DNA of 64,000 nucleotides from Steroidobacteraceae bacterium (GCA_049517075.1 JBEKSM010000032.1:2169-66168), one strand, 5' to 3'. Positions 19,514 to 28,587 are shown, counted from the stretch's first letter. The notes: generated from the letters alone by a model not told the origin. Numbers and translations are program-made.

Positions 19514-21010
19514 TTACTCCGCAAGATAATTCCCCCATTCCTTCTCGAAGTAACGCACCAGCACTTGATTGTCGAGGCGATTGACCTCGGTCGGCACGCG
19601 CTGCATGTCGGGCGGGAAATCGAATAGTTGCGGCAAAGTATCCATCGTGATGAAGCGCAGTCCCGCAGGCAGCGCCGCGGGAATCCGATAGGGGTCGTGG
19701 CCCGCCGCAACGAATCCCCACTCGCCGAACGACGGCACGAATACGTGATAGGCCGCGGTTTGCAGGCCCGCGGCCTGCAGCGTTCGCTCGACGCACCAGT
19801 ACGCCTTGGGTGCAACGTAGGGCGACGTGCTTTGAATCACCGCCCACCCGCCGGGCGCGAGCACCGCGCCGAGGCGGCGGTAGAACGTCAACGAAAAGAG
19901 CTTGCCGATCGAGTAATTGGAAGGGTCCGGAAAATCGACGATGATCCCGTCGTAGGCCTCATGCGCCTCTTTGAGCCAGACGAAGGCATCGGCATTGATG
20001 ATGTGCACTTTGGCCGAGCTCAGCGCCCCGCCGTTGAGTTCGGCCAGGAACGGCGTGCGCGAAAAAAGACGCGTCATTTCAGGATCCAGGTCGACCAGCG
20101 TGATCGATTGTACCGACGGGTACTTGAGGAGTTCACGTACCGCAAGACCGTCGCCGCCGCCGAGCACGAGGATGCTTCTTGGTGCCGCAAGCGCCGCCAT
20201 GATCGGATGCACGAGAGCTTCGTGATAGCGATATTCATCGCGCGAGCTGAATTGCAGATTGCCGTTGAGGAATAGGCGAATATCATCCGCCTGTCGTGTC
20301 ACGACGATGCGCTGATAGGCCGTCGACTTGGCGAACAAAGCCTGGCCGGGATACTGTCCCTCTTCGCTCAAGGCCATGAGATCTTCCGCACTCGCGAATC
20401 CGATCACGAGCAGCACGGTTGATGCGGCCGCTCCGACCTGCAGCCCGAGGCGGCGCTGCGGCGACGGCAGCTTGTAGATCAGGACGATGGCCACCGCGAC
20501 GTTGACGATTCCGAAGAAAAAGCTCGTGCGGATCAAGCCGAGTCGCGGCACGAGCAGCAGCGGAAACAGCAACGACGCGAGCAGGCCGCCAACGTAATCT
20601 GCTGCCAGAACCCGCGCCACGAGATCGCGCAGTTCCAACCGATCCTCGAGCAGGCGAATCAGCAGCGGAATTTCGAGCCCGACGAGAATGCCGATCAGTC
20701 CGACGAGCCCGTAAAGCGCGACCCGGAAATGCGTTACCTCGCTGAAGAGCAGGAACAACACCGCCGCGGAGCACCCGCCAACGACGCCGACCAGAATTTC
20801 GACCCGGACGAAGACGTCGAGAATGTCGTTGCGTACGTAACGCGACAGCCACGATCCCACGCCCATCGAGAACAGGTACGCCCCGATGATCGTCGAGAAT
20901 TGCGTCACCGAGTCGCCGAGCAGGTAACTCGCCAAGGTGCCGGCGACCAATTCGTAGACGAGACCGCAGGTCGCGACGACCAGCGCGGAGAACAGGAAGA
21001 GCGTCGGCAT
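19514..21010 (-). CDS. membrane-anchored spermidine synthase-like polyamine aminopropyltransferase
   Basis: ORF track, 498 aa. The N-terminal ~200 aa hold multiple TM helices. C-terminal aminopropyltransferase motifs ILVLGGGDGLAVRELLKY, LVDLDPEM, IIVDFPDPSN. Confidence 0.8.
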   Translation of the reverse strand: MPTLFLFSALVVATCGLVYELVAGTLASYLLGDSVTQFSTIIGAYLFSMGVGSWLSRYVRNDILDVFVRVEILVGVVGGCSAAVLFLLFSEVTHFRVALYGLVGLIGILVGLEIPLLIRLLEDRLELRDLVARVLAADYVGGLLASLLFPLLLVPRLGLIRTSFFFGIVNVAVAIVLIYKLPSPQRRLGLQVGAAASTVLLVIGFASAEDLMALSEEGQYPGQALFAKSTAYQRIVVTRQADDIRLFLNGNLQFSSRDEYRYHEALVHPIMAALAAPRSILVLGGGDGLAVRELLKYPSVQSITLVDLDPEMTRLFSRTPFLAELNGGALSSAKVHIINADAFVWLKEAHEAYDGIIVDFPDPSNYSIGKLFSLTFYRRLGAVLAPGGWAVIQSTSPYVAPKAYWCVERTLQAAGLQTAAYHVFVPSFGEWGFVAAGHDPYRIPAALPAGLRFITMDTLPQLFDFPPDMQRVPTEVNRLDNQVLVRYFEKEWGNYLAE

Positions 21011-21226
21011 TCAGCTGTGAATAGCCGCGCCGACGATGATTGCGATGCCGATCGCCATAGCCCCGACGAGGATTGCGAGCGCGCTATTTTGCTTCTCGTT
21101 GATCTCCTTCCAAAGATGATAGGGAGTCAGATGATCGAGCAGATAGAAGAATAGCCCGTAGATCAGCACCCCGACGAGCGCGAAAATCACCGAATTGAGC
21201 ACGATTCCCCAATTTATTGTCGACAT
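21011..21226 (-). CDS. DUF350 family small membrane protein
   Basis: Within ORF 21011..21313. ATG 21226 is preceded by GAGGAA. 71 aa with two TM helices (MSTINWGIVLNSVIFALVGVLIYGLFFYLLDHLTPYHLWKEINEKQNSALAILVGAMAIGIAIIVGAAIHS). The stop abuts the next start. Confidence 0.75.
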   Translation of the reverse strand: MSTINWGIVLNSVIFALVGVLIYGLFFYLLDHLTPYHLWKEINEKQNSALAILVGAMAIGIAIIVGAAIHS

Positions 21227-21236
21227 GGCAAGTTCC

Positions 21237-21407
21237 TCATTTATGAAAGTGGCCGGCGGTCGTTCCCGAATACTTGGAGGTGGGCGAGGCAAATGGCACA
21301 AAGCCACGCGCATTGGCGACGCCGAGATAGCCGAGTGCGAGACAGCACGTCGCGATGTACAGGATGATCTTAGGATTGAGGCCCTGGCCTAGGGGTGACA
21401 TCATCAT
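21237..21407 (-). CDS. unlisted 56-aa hydrophobic micro-ORF
   Basis: Below the ORF-track size cutoff. My translation is MMMSPLGQGLNPKIILYIATCCLALGYLGVANARGFVPFASPTSKYSGTTAGHFHK. Its ATG overlaps the upstream DUF4178 stop (ATGA), and it ends 10 nt before the DUF350 start, filling an otherwise unexplained 177-nt gap in a tightly packed operon. Confidence 0.35.
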   Translation of the reverse strand: MMMSPLGQGLNPKIILYIATCCLALGYLGVANARGFVPFASPTSKYSGTTAGHFHK

Positions 21408-22678
21408 TCCTCTTTCTTGGTGTGATAAGGATTGAACGCGCTATCCGACCAGCGCTCTCGTTCGAACACGAAGCGCCGGTAGATCAGAAACACGGGATAG
21501 ATCAGAATCACGGCGCAGGCGATCCAGAAGTTCTGCCACGGCGCCACATTATGCGTCAGCGACAACTGGATCGGCGTTTGGGACGGCGCGCCATGCGCAT
21601 CGCCCGATGCTGAATCGACGACGACGTCATAGTCGCCGGCGGGTATCGCGGGCACCAGGGAACTTCCGAGGTTCGATCCTTCGCTCCATGCGCCGTCGCT
21701 GTCGACGCCGGAATAAAACTCGACGCTGTTCGAAAATTCGTAGCTTTCACCGGTGCCTTTCCTCACGAGCGCGTAATCGAGGTCCACCCAGCTGTTGCTG
21801 AGTGAGGTGGCCGCGGTCAGCTCGTTCAGAGAATGGGTCGCGTCCAGATGCACCGGCCCGAAAACCGCCTCCTGGCCGTGGCTCGCGGAGGGCGTATAGA
21901 TGCCGATCGGAATCTGCTGATTGCGGGCCGTGATGACCGTCGCCATTTGCAGCAGGAGTGCGAGGCCGAGCGCGGCCCATATATAGCGTTTGAGCGAGCT
22001 CAGCGTTTCGGTGGCCGCGCACGGCTGGTGAGCCGCGACGTCATCGCGCGGCTGCGGTTGGATTTTAAATGCCGCTTGTATTTCTGCAGGGTCGAGATAA
22101 ACCAACAGGCTCCAGATGAGTTCCGCCCCGGTCTTCTCGCGCGAGAGCAGCCAGGGAGGCGCGATGTAATCGATGGTTTCCGCCTTATCGCCAACTTTGA
22201 CGCGCCAGTAAAATTCACCGATCACCGATTCGACCACGGCATTTCCGACCGCGTATTTCCTGAAGTCGCGGTTGTCGTAATGCAGGCCGAGGTAGTTGGG
22301 CTTGATCGCGGAGATGTCCTTGATGGTCTGCGCGAAACTCCAATGGCTGCGATCCTGGACCAGCCAGCGAAAGCCGATCAATGGATTGAATAGGAGATAT
22401 TCGGTCCAGCTACCGTCCTCGCTGGATCGCACCATCGCGCCGATGATCTCGAAGGGCTTGCCACGCAGCACACCGCGCGAACCGAGCGCCAGATCGAACT
22501 CGCGCGCGGTTGCGTTGTATTTCTTGATGACTTGGATTTCGGGCTTGGATACGTCGATTTGAGTGCCACAGGACGGGCACGCGACCATCACGCTCGCGCC
22601 CAGCGCACGCAGCGTGATCGGCGCGCCGCATGCCAAGCAATTGATCGACTTCGTCGCCGCGGTTTTTTCGTTCGGCAT
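21404..22678 (-). CDS. DUF4178 domain protein with N-terminal zinc ribbon and TM segments
   Basis: ORF track, 424 aa. CLACGA...CPSCGT zinc ribbon. DUF4178-like core GSWTEYLLFNPLIGFRWLVQD. TM helices YIWAALGLALLLQMATVITA and FWIACAVILIYPVFLIY. Confidence 0.7.
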   Translation of the reverse strand: MPNEKTAATKSINCLACGAPITLRALGASVMVACPSCGTQIDVSKPEIQVIKKYNATAREFDLALGSRGVLRGKPFEIIGAMVRSSEDGSWTEYLLFNPLIGFRWLVQDRSHWSFAQTIKDISAIKPNYLGLHYDNRDFRKYAVGNAVVESVIGEFYWRVKVGDKAETIDYIAPPWLLSREKTGAELIWSLLVYLDPAEIQAAFKIQPQPRDDVAAHQPCAATETLSSLKRYIWAALGLALLLQMATVITARNQQIPIGIYTPSASHGQEAVFGPVHLDATHSLNELTAATSLSNSWVDLDYALVRKGTGESYEFSNSVEFYSGVDSDGAWSEGSNLGSSLVPAIPAGDYDVVVDSASGDAHGAPSQTPIQLSLTHNVAPWQNFWIACAVILIYPVFLIYRRFVFERERWSDSAFNPYHTKKEE

Positions 22679-22688
22679 GCCGGGTGCG

Positions 22689-23342
22689 CTACGCCTTGGC
22701 GCCCCAGCCGTCGAGTTGCCTCAGGTTCGCGAAACGGCAATCCGCGAATTCAACGAAACGCCCCACATACGCTTTGACCGACGCCCGGCGATATTCGACG
22801 GTCGCGAACTCGAGACCGCTGCCTTTGAGGTCGACGCAGAGCACTTCCTCGCCCGGGGCAAACACCTCGGCGAGCTCGCCTTCGGCTCCTTGGCAGCTGA
22901 CCTGCTTGACGTCCGTGACCGTGAAGGGCTTGCCGTCCAAGCGCCAGTTGGTACCCGGCTCCGCGAGCGCCGCCTGGTCCTTGTGAGGCACGCCACCCTG
23001 TGCCGCGGACGACGTGTCGAATGTCATGACCAGATCGCCCTGCGCCTCGCCAAGCCAGCCGAAGCGCTGATCGTCGAACATCACGCACCACTCGTTCCAA
23101 CTACCCTCTTCCCAAACCTTGGCGAGTCGACCCACGATATTGAAATGGCGGTCCGCAAATTGCCCCGTCACCCCGAGCTGCAACGGACTGAAATCGTCCG
23201 GCACCGCGGCCACTCGGCCCACGGATTCCACGGTCGCGTCACTCCGAACCAGCAATGATTTGCAAAATCGACAGACTGCGTAGGGAGCCCCACTGCGAAA
23301 CGCGGATTCGGCACCACAGGTAGGGCAATGAAATGCTGTCAT
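22689..23342 (-). CDS. DUF4178 domain protein with N-terminal zinc ribbon (soluble paralogue)
   Basis: ORF track, 217 aa. CPTCGA...CRFCKS. Core GSWNEWCVMFDDQRFGWLGEAQG. First gene of the operon. Confidence 0.7.
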   Translation of the reverse strand: MTAFHCPTCGAESAFRSGAPYAVCRFCKSLLVRSDATVESVGRVAAVPDDFSPLQLGVTGQFADRHFNIVGRLAKVWEEGSWNEWCVMFDDQRFGWLGEAQGDLVMTFDTSSAAQGGVPHKDQAALAEPGTNWRLDGKPFTVTDVKQVSCQGAEGELAEVFAPGEEVLCVDLKGSGLEFATVEYRRASVKAYVGRFVEFADCRFANLRQLDGWGAKA

Positions 23343-23839
23343 GATGGCGGTCTCGGCACTCCCTTGGATCGACCGGCCTTTTTTTAGATATTAGCCGAAG
23401 TCGGGACCGTTGTTGCAGTTCTTGCGGCGGACCAGTTCACACGCGACAGGAACCGCTCGCTCGACACCATACTTCACGAACTCGCGTCGAGTTTGCAGCT
23501 AAAGAGCGCATCGAGAAATCTCTGAAGCCAATAATCGATAGCGGCGGCGGAAACTCGGCCGGCAACGGCGCTGAGTCGAGCAGCGCGCGCGCAAGCCAGA
23601 TGAGGTCGCTCAATTCGGCACGATGCCGATTATTCCCAAGATCCGACGCCCCGAGGGTAATATTTCAAGACACCGTCGGGAATCGTCATTAAATCAACTA
23701 CTTGCTTGTCATTCACTGGTCAGCAATCGGCAAATTATGCCGCCCAGGTTGAGGCTCATACCCAATGGATCCCAGCACCCGTGTGCATGCACGAGCTGCG
23801 ACGATTGACGGTCGCCCCGGCCTCGCGCACTCTCGCACT

Positions 23840-24292
23840 ATGAAAGTCTCTCGAAAATTAAAGGTCGTCGACCAGAACGAGCCGGCGCTGATTGAAGCAG
23901 CGGCCAAGGCCGCCGACAGCGCCTACGCACCCTACTCGCGCTTCACGGTCGGCGCTGCCGTACGTACGAAGACCGGCGGAATTTACGTCGGGTGTAACGT
24001 CGAAAATATTTCCTACCCGGTCGGCGTTTGCGCCGAGCGCAACGCCATTGCGGCTGCCGTGAGCGCGGAAGGACGCGGTGTGCAGATCGCATCGATGGCC
24101 GTCGTGGCGCGCAACAACGGCAAGGAAGCGCCATGCTCTCCCTGCGGCGCCTGCCGCCAGGCGCTCCGAGAGTTTGGCAAAGACATCGCCGTCTACTACC
24201 GCTGGCCGGCGCTCGAATTCAAGCGCAGCAGCGCCGCCGAGTTGCTGCCCGATACCTTCGGCTTCGACAAATCTCCCGAGGCGCGGCGGTGA
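23840..24292 (+). CDS. cdd: cytidine deaminase (homotetrameric type)
   Basis: Within ORF 23765..24292, starting at MKVSRKL. AYAPYSRFTVGAAV, zinc ligand motifs CAERNAI and PCGACRQ. Confidence 0.85.
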   Translation: MKVSRKLKVVDQNEPALIEAAAKAADSAYAPYSRFTVGAAVRTKTGGIYVGCNVENISYPVGVCAERNAIAAAVSAEGRGVQIASMAVVARNNGKEAPCSPCGACRQALREFGKDIAVYYRWPALEFKRSSAAELLPDTFGFDKSPEARR

Positions 24293-24948
24293 TGTTCGCG
24301 CGCCCGAGCATCGAGCAACAGCTCCATGCCGAGCGCGTGCACTACACCGTGATCCGCTTTCTCGCGGACAACAACGATTTCAATGCAATTAGATACTTGT
24401 ACGATCGGCTCAATATCATCGATGCGAAGGCACAGGGCCTGCTCACGCGCAACAGCCTGTTGCTGACCGTCGTTTCGATCCTGGGTGCGGTAAAACTGCG
24501 CGGCGATGATCATTCGAAGCTATTCTTGTCCTCGGCGTTGGAGCAATCCGCCTTTGCAATCGGCTTTCTGCTGCTGATGGTATCGACGATCTCGACGCTG
24601 TACTGGATGTTTTTCCGATTCGATCACATCACCGCGGTACCTCCTCGAGTGCTCGAGCGAATGAAAGGCGATTGCGCTTGTGTGAAGGCCGGGACACTCG
24701 TCGAGGGCGGGTCGATTCCGACTGATTGCAAGCACACCAAACAGTGTGGTCTAGCGTTGCTGGCGCAGAACGCCGTCGGTCAATCACGCACGCTGGAGCA
24801 ATACGAGAACGAGTTCTTCGAGATCACGATTTCGAGGCAGAATAAGCTCCGCTTCGCACAGTTCGCCACCTATCTCGCCAGCATCATTTTTTTCGTTTTG
24901 ATCGGCTACATCTTTTGGGCCGCCATGGACCAATTGTATTTTCATTGA
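24292..24948 (+). CDS. 3-TM membrane protein, architecture reminiscent of Pycsar-type (PycTM/DUF5706) effectors; Cys-rich loop
   Basis: Within ORF 24028..24948. The ATG overlaps the cdd stop (TGATG). The N-terminal helix ends in IIDAKAQGLL. TM1 is SLLLTVVSILGAV and TM2 is FAIGFLLLMVSTISTLYWMFFRF. A loop carries CACVKAG...CKHTKQCG. ...SRQNKLRFAQFATYLASIIFFVLIGYIFWAA forms TM3. The family call is from memory of the PycTM layout and is not verified. Confidence 0.5.
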   Translation: MFARPSIEQQLHAERVHYTVIRFLADNNDFNAIRYLYDRLNIIDAKAQGLLTRNSLLLTVVSILGAVKLRGDDHSKLFLSSALEQSAFAIGFLLLMVSTISTLYWMFFRFDHITAVPPRVLERMKGDCACVKAGTLVEGGSIPTDCKHTKQCGLALLAQNAVGQSRTLEQYENEFFEITISRQNKLRFAQFATYLASIIFFVLIGYIFWAAMDQLYFH

Positions 24949-24978
24949 TGCCGCACATTCGGCGCCCCCGACACCTGC

Positions 24979-25743
24979 ATGAACGCCGATAAACCGGTTG
25001 ATTCGGCCCAGCCTCCTATCCCGGTGCAGAATTACGATCGAATCGCCGCGGAATATTATGACCCGACTCGGCATCCGACCTGCGCCGACTTTCGGGACGC
25101 GACGCGCCTGCTGCTCGAGCGGTTTCTCGCACAATACGCTCCGCGTCCGCGATCACTCGAGCTTGGCGCCGGCAAGTCCTTGGTGGCGGAATGTTTTGCG
25201 GCACATCATCTGCCGCTCTCCACACTCACGATCACCGATGCGTCCGCGGCGATGCTGGCCTACTCTGAGATCTGGCGTGAGCGAGGCGCCGCACTCGCCG
25301 TTGCAACGATCGAGACGCTCGGCGATTCAGAGCAGCCGTTTGATCTCGTGTTCGCTTGCTTGGGCGATCCTTACAATACGCCGGATCTTTGGCAGCGCAT
25401 GCGGCGGTGGCTGACGCCCAATGGCGCTTATTTCTATACGACACCGTCGTTCGACTGGGCAACTCGGTTTCGGCGGCATCACCAGAACGGCAACGATTCC
25501 CTCGCGGAATTCGTGGTTGAAGGGGAAGCCGTTTATGTACCTTCGTTCGTCCCTTCACCGGCGGCGCAGCGCGCGCTGATTGTGGGCTGCGGACTGACGG
25601 TCGACCATATCGTCCACATCACTCGCCGCGAACTGCCCAATGGCGTACGCTCTGCGAAGCTGAGCTTGCCCGAGATTGCGGCCGATCTGCCGATCGTGAC
25701 GGGTTTTTGGGGGGGCTTGCAGAAAGAGGGCTCAGCCCGGTAA
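24979..25743 (+). CDS. class I SAM-dependent methyltransferase
   Basis: ORF track, 254 aa. YDRIAAEYYD, motif I LELGAGKSLVAE, FDLVFACLG. Confidence 0.65.
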   Translation: MNADKPVDSAQPPIPVQNYDRIAAEYYDPTRHPTCADFRDATRLLLERFLAQYAPRPRSLELGAGKSLVAECFAAHHLPLSTLTITDASAAMLAYSEIWRERGAALAVATIETLGDSEQPFDLVFACLGDPYNTPDLWQRMRRWLTPNGAYFYTTPSFDWATRFRRHHQNGNDSLAEFVVEGEAVYVPSFVPSPAAQRALIVGCGLTVDHIVHITRRELPNGVRSAKLSLPEIAADLPIVTGFWGGLQKEGSAR

Positions 25744-25782
25744 GCGAACGAACGACGACACTTTGCCTCGAGGCTCACCACC

Positions 25783-26379
25783 ATGATCCGAGCGATTCTG
25801 ACCGCCCTGTTGCTGAGCCTTGCGCTGACGGCATCGTCGGAGACAAAACTGCTCGAGCACATACCGCTCCAATGGCGGCCCACCTCCGCGCTGCAGCTCG
25901 GCACCGCCCAGATGAGCGCCGCGACGGTCACGATCGTCGCCTTCACCGACCTCCGCGACAACAAGGAGCTGATCGGCGAGAACCGAGAGGACAAGACCCC
26001 GAAGCCGGTGACCACGACCGATGATGTCGGCGCATTCGTGAGCACGAACATCCGCAAGCTATTCGATCAGGCGGGCATCAAGACCGTCGACAGCAATGGT
26101 GAGGTCACGATCAAGGGCGAAGTGAAACAGTTTTTCGTGCGCGAAGAATCGACTTACAAATCCACCGTGGAAATTCATCTGACCGTCACCGATCAAGATG
26201 GCAAGACGCTATGGCAGGGTCTCGCCTCCGGCGATGCCAAGCGCTTCGGCCGCTCCTACAAGGCGGAGAACTACTACGAGGTGCTATCGGATGCGGTCGT
26301 CAACACCGTGAGCTCGATGCTGCTCGCCGATGAATTTCGCAAGGCCTTGTCCGGGCACGGCAGCGGGCCATCAAGCTAG
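25783..26379 (+). CDS. secreted protein of unknown function
   Basis: ORF track, 198 aa. Signal peptide MIRAILTALLLSLALTASS. Beta-rich body (TIKGEVKQFFVREESTYKSTVEIHLTVTDQDGKTLWQG). Confidence 0.55.
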   Translation: MIRAILTALLLSLALTASSETKLLEHIPLQWRPTSALQLGTAQMSAATVTIVAFTDLRDNKELIGENREDKTPKPVTTTDDVGAFVSTNIRKLFDQAGIKTVDSNGEVTIKGEVKQFFVREESTYKSTVEIHLTVTDQDGKTLWQGLASGDAKRFGRSYKAENYYEVLSDAVVNTVSSMLLADEFRKALSGHGSGPSS

Positions 26380-26391
26380 CGCGGCGCTGCA

Positions 26392-27375
26392 TCAGGGATT
26401 GCGTGCAGCGAACCGCAGGCGCCTCCCTTCGAGCCATTGCCAGGACGCGAGCGATGCGACGCCCCAGAGCACTTCGCGCAGACGCTTGGCCATCGAAACC
26501 GCGAGTGCGAGTTCGCGGCTGATACCCAGCGGCGCACCGAACAAGATCAGTCCGGCCTCCTGTACGCCGACACCCGCCGGCACGACGAAAGCGACCTGCC
26601 TGACCGCCTGCGTCATGCTTTCCAAGGTGATCGCGGCCTTGATGCCGACCGGATGCCCGAAAAGACGCAGCGCGAGCCAGACCTCGAAGGCCCCGGAAAT
26701 CAGCGCAACCAATTGCAGGCCGCCGGCGAGCACCAGCGTTGCCCGGCGATCGAGAGTCGCCCGCACTTCGCGGTCCAGTGCGGCGGCGCCATTCGACAGC
26801 GCGGTCGCGCCGACCATCGGCCGCAGAAACCGTTGCAGGCGATCAAAGACCGAACCGTGGCGCAACAGCAGCGTGACCACGATGGGCACCGGCAGCGTTG
26901 CGATCAACGCGTAGATCAATCCGCGGAATTCGTGGCCTTGCGCACCGATGTCCATGAGCAGCAGCAAACCGAGCACCGCGAATAAATACGAGGCGATCAA
27001 GTTGAGCAAGATTTCGACGATCACGGTCGCACCCGCGGGCGCTCCGCCGATGCCTCGCCAACGCAGCAGGCGGACCGCCGCGAGTCCCCCGCCAACGCTC
27101 GCGACCGGCAGCAGGCGGTCGATCGCCTCGCGCACCGTGGTGACCCAATAGATGTAGTCGAATCGCAGATTCCGTTCTGCGTTGTACGGGGCGAGCAATC
27201 GGAACCAACCGATTGCGAACATCAGAAAAAACAGCGCCCGGTAGGGGATCAGCCACAGCAGCGGCCAGCCTGCCAGCACGAGCGTCTCGGCCATCGACGC
27301 ATAATCCGCTCGGATCACGAGCGTGATCAGCAGGCCCAAACCGAGCAGCCCGCCGATGTACGTGGCGAGCTTCAA
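26392..27375 (-). CDS. hpnL: HpnL-like flippase-like (LPG-synthase TM family) membrane protein
   Basis: Within ORF 26392..27462. I prefer the TTG at 27375, which overlaps the hpnI stop (TTGA), over GTG 27462, which would overlap hpnI by 91 nt. Polytopic membrane protein located directly downstream of hpnJ-hpnI, as hpnL is in hopanoid loci. Confidence 0.6.
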   Translation of the reverse strand: MKLATYIGGLLGLGLLITLVIRADYASMAETLVLAGWPLLWLIPYRALFFLMFAIGWFRLLAPYNAERNLRFDYIYWVTTVREAIDRLLPVASVGGGLAAVRLLRWRGIGGAPAGATVIVEILLNLIASYLFAVLGLLLLMDIGAQGHEFRGLIYALIATLPVPIVVTLLLRHGSVFDRLQRFLRPMVGATALSNGAAALDREVRATLDRRATLVLAGGLQLVALISGAFEVWLALRLFGHPVGIKAAITLESMTQAVRQVAFVVPAGVGVQEAGLILFGAPLGISRELALAVSMAKRLREVLWGVASLASWQWLEGRRLRFAARNP

Positions 27376-28550
27376 GGCAATCGATACATGATGCCGTCGG
27401 CATCGACCGAGAATCGGCTGCCGCGCCAGGAAAGACGTGACGCGAAGAAGCAGCTGCACCACACGCAGCAGAGCAGCAGGTCACGGACCGGCACGAGCCA
27501 CCAATCCGCGAGCAGCCCGCGGATGCTTCCAAGCCGGTGCCAGGCATGTAGAAACAGGCGCGCCGCCGCCGTGATCCAAAAGAGCGCCCAGGCAATGCTC
27601 GGAATCGGCGGGCTCGCCGACACCATCACGAGGCCGATCGCGGCCAGCGGCAACGTAAACGTGATGAACAGCATCCGAAAACCGGCCGGCTGCAACACGT
27701 GTATCGTGCGCATCCACCGTAGCTCATGGCGGATCAGGGAGCCGGCGTCGGGTTCATCGTGCTCCGCATTGACCCGATAGGGGTACAGCACGATCCGCTG
27801 CCCCAACGCGCGTACGAGCTGACCCAATCGATAATCGTCGGCGACATAATTGACGATCGCGCCGAGGCCGCCGATCGCCTCCAGCGTTTCGCGCCGGATG
27901 CACAGCGTCTGGCCGGACGCATAACCGCGAAAGCCGAACAAGTGGGCCAGCATCACCGACGGCATATACCATTCGTTGACGTACATCGCGCCGAGCCGCG
28001 ACCAGACTCGCATGGTCGGCACGTCGCGGTAGAGGCAGGTCACCAAGCCGACGTCCGCATGCTGCAACGGCGCCGTGACGTGCGTAAGGTAATCGGAATC
28101 CACCCAAACATCGCTGTCCACCATCACGAGCACGTCGTAACGCGCGCGCGCAATCATGTTGATCATGTTGCTGATCTTGAGATTCGCGCCGTGCAGAAGC
28201 GGATCGACGACGACGTCGATCTTCAGGGACGGAAATTCGGCCGCAAGCCGCGCGACGACCGCGAGAGCAGGATCATTGGCCTCGCGCACGCCATAGACGA
28301 TCTGAAATTGCGGATGAACTTGCCGGCATAGCGAACGCAGGTTTTCGTAGAGTCGCGGCTCCAACCCGCACAGGGGTTGCAGCACGGTGACCGGTGTCGG
28401 TGGACCCCGCGGCGCCTCGGCGCGCACGCCGATCCAGGCGAGCACCGCGACGACGCTCAACACCGAATGTCCGGCGGCCGCGGCGAGCAGAATCCAGCCG
28501 ACTATCGCTATCGCAGCGTGAACGGCGGGTATTGACGCCAGGAATGTCAT
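27372..28550 (-). CDS. hpnI: hopanoid-associated family 2 glycosyltransferase HpnI
   Basis: Within ORF 27372..28634, starting at ATG 28550 (MTFLASIPA) after the hpnJ stop. VTVLQPLCGLEPRLYENLRSL...QIVYGV...DPLLHGANLKISNMINM...VMVDSDVWV (ceramide-glucosyltransferase-like GT2 typical of HpnI). Confidence 0.7.
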   Translation of the reverse strand: MTFLASIPAVHAAIAIVGWILLAAAAGHSVLSVVAVLAWIGVRAEAPRGPPTPVTVLQPLCGLEPRLYENLRSLCRQVHPQFQIVYGVREANDPALAVVARLAAEFPSLKIDVVVDPLLHGANLKISNMINMIARARYDVLVMVDSDVWVDSDYLTHVTAPLQHADVGLVTCLYRDVPTMRVWSRLGAMYVNEWYMPSVMLAHLFGFRGYASGQTLCIRRETLEAIGGLGAIVNYVADDYRLGQLVRALGQRIVLYPYRVNAEHDEPDAGSLIRHELRWMRTIHVLQPAGFRMLFITFTLPLAAIGLVMVSASPPIPSIAWALFWITAAARLFLHAWHRLGSIRGLLADWWLVPVRDLLLCCVWCSCFFASRLSWRGSRFSVDADGIMYRLP

Positions 28551-28587
28551 CAGCGACGACGGCCCCGTGACCTCAAGCGACGCCGCT

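Noticed and set aside
23343-23839. About 500-nt AT-richer intergenic region between the polyamine-type operon and cdd, checked for riboswitch-like structure, small ORFs and mobile-element ends
   Set aside because: There is a T-run after a weak stem near 23370-23390 and a start-less ORF fragment (..AELSDLIWLARALLDSAP..). I saw nothing I can support as a feature. It most likely contains the divergent promoters.
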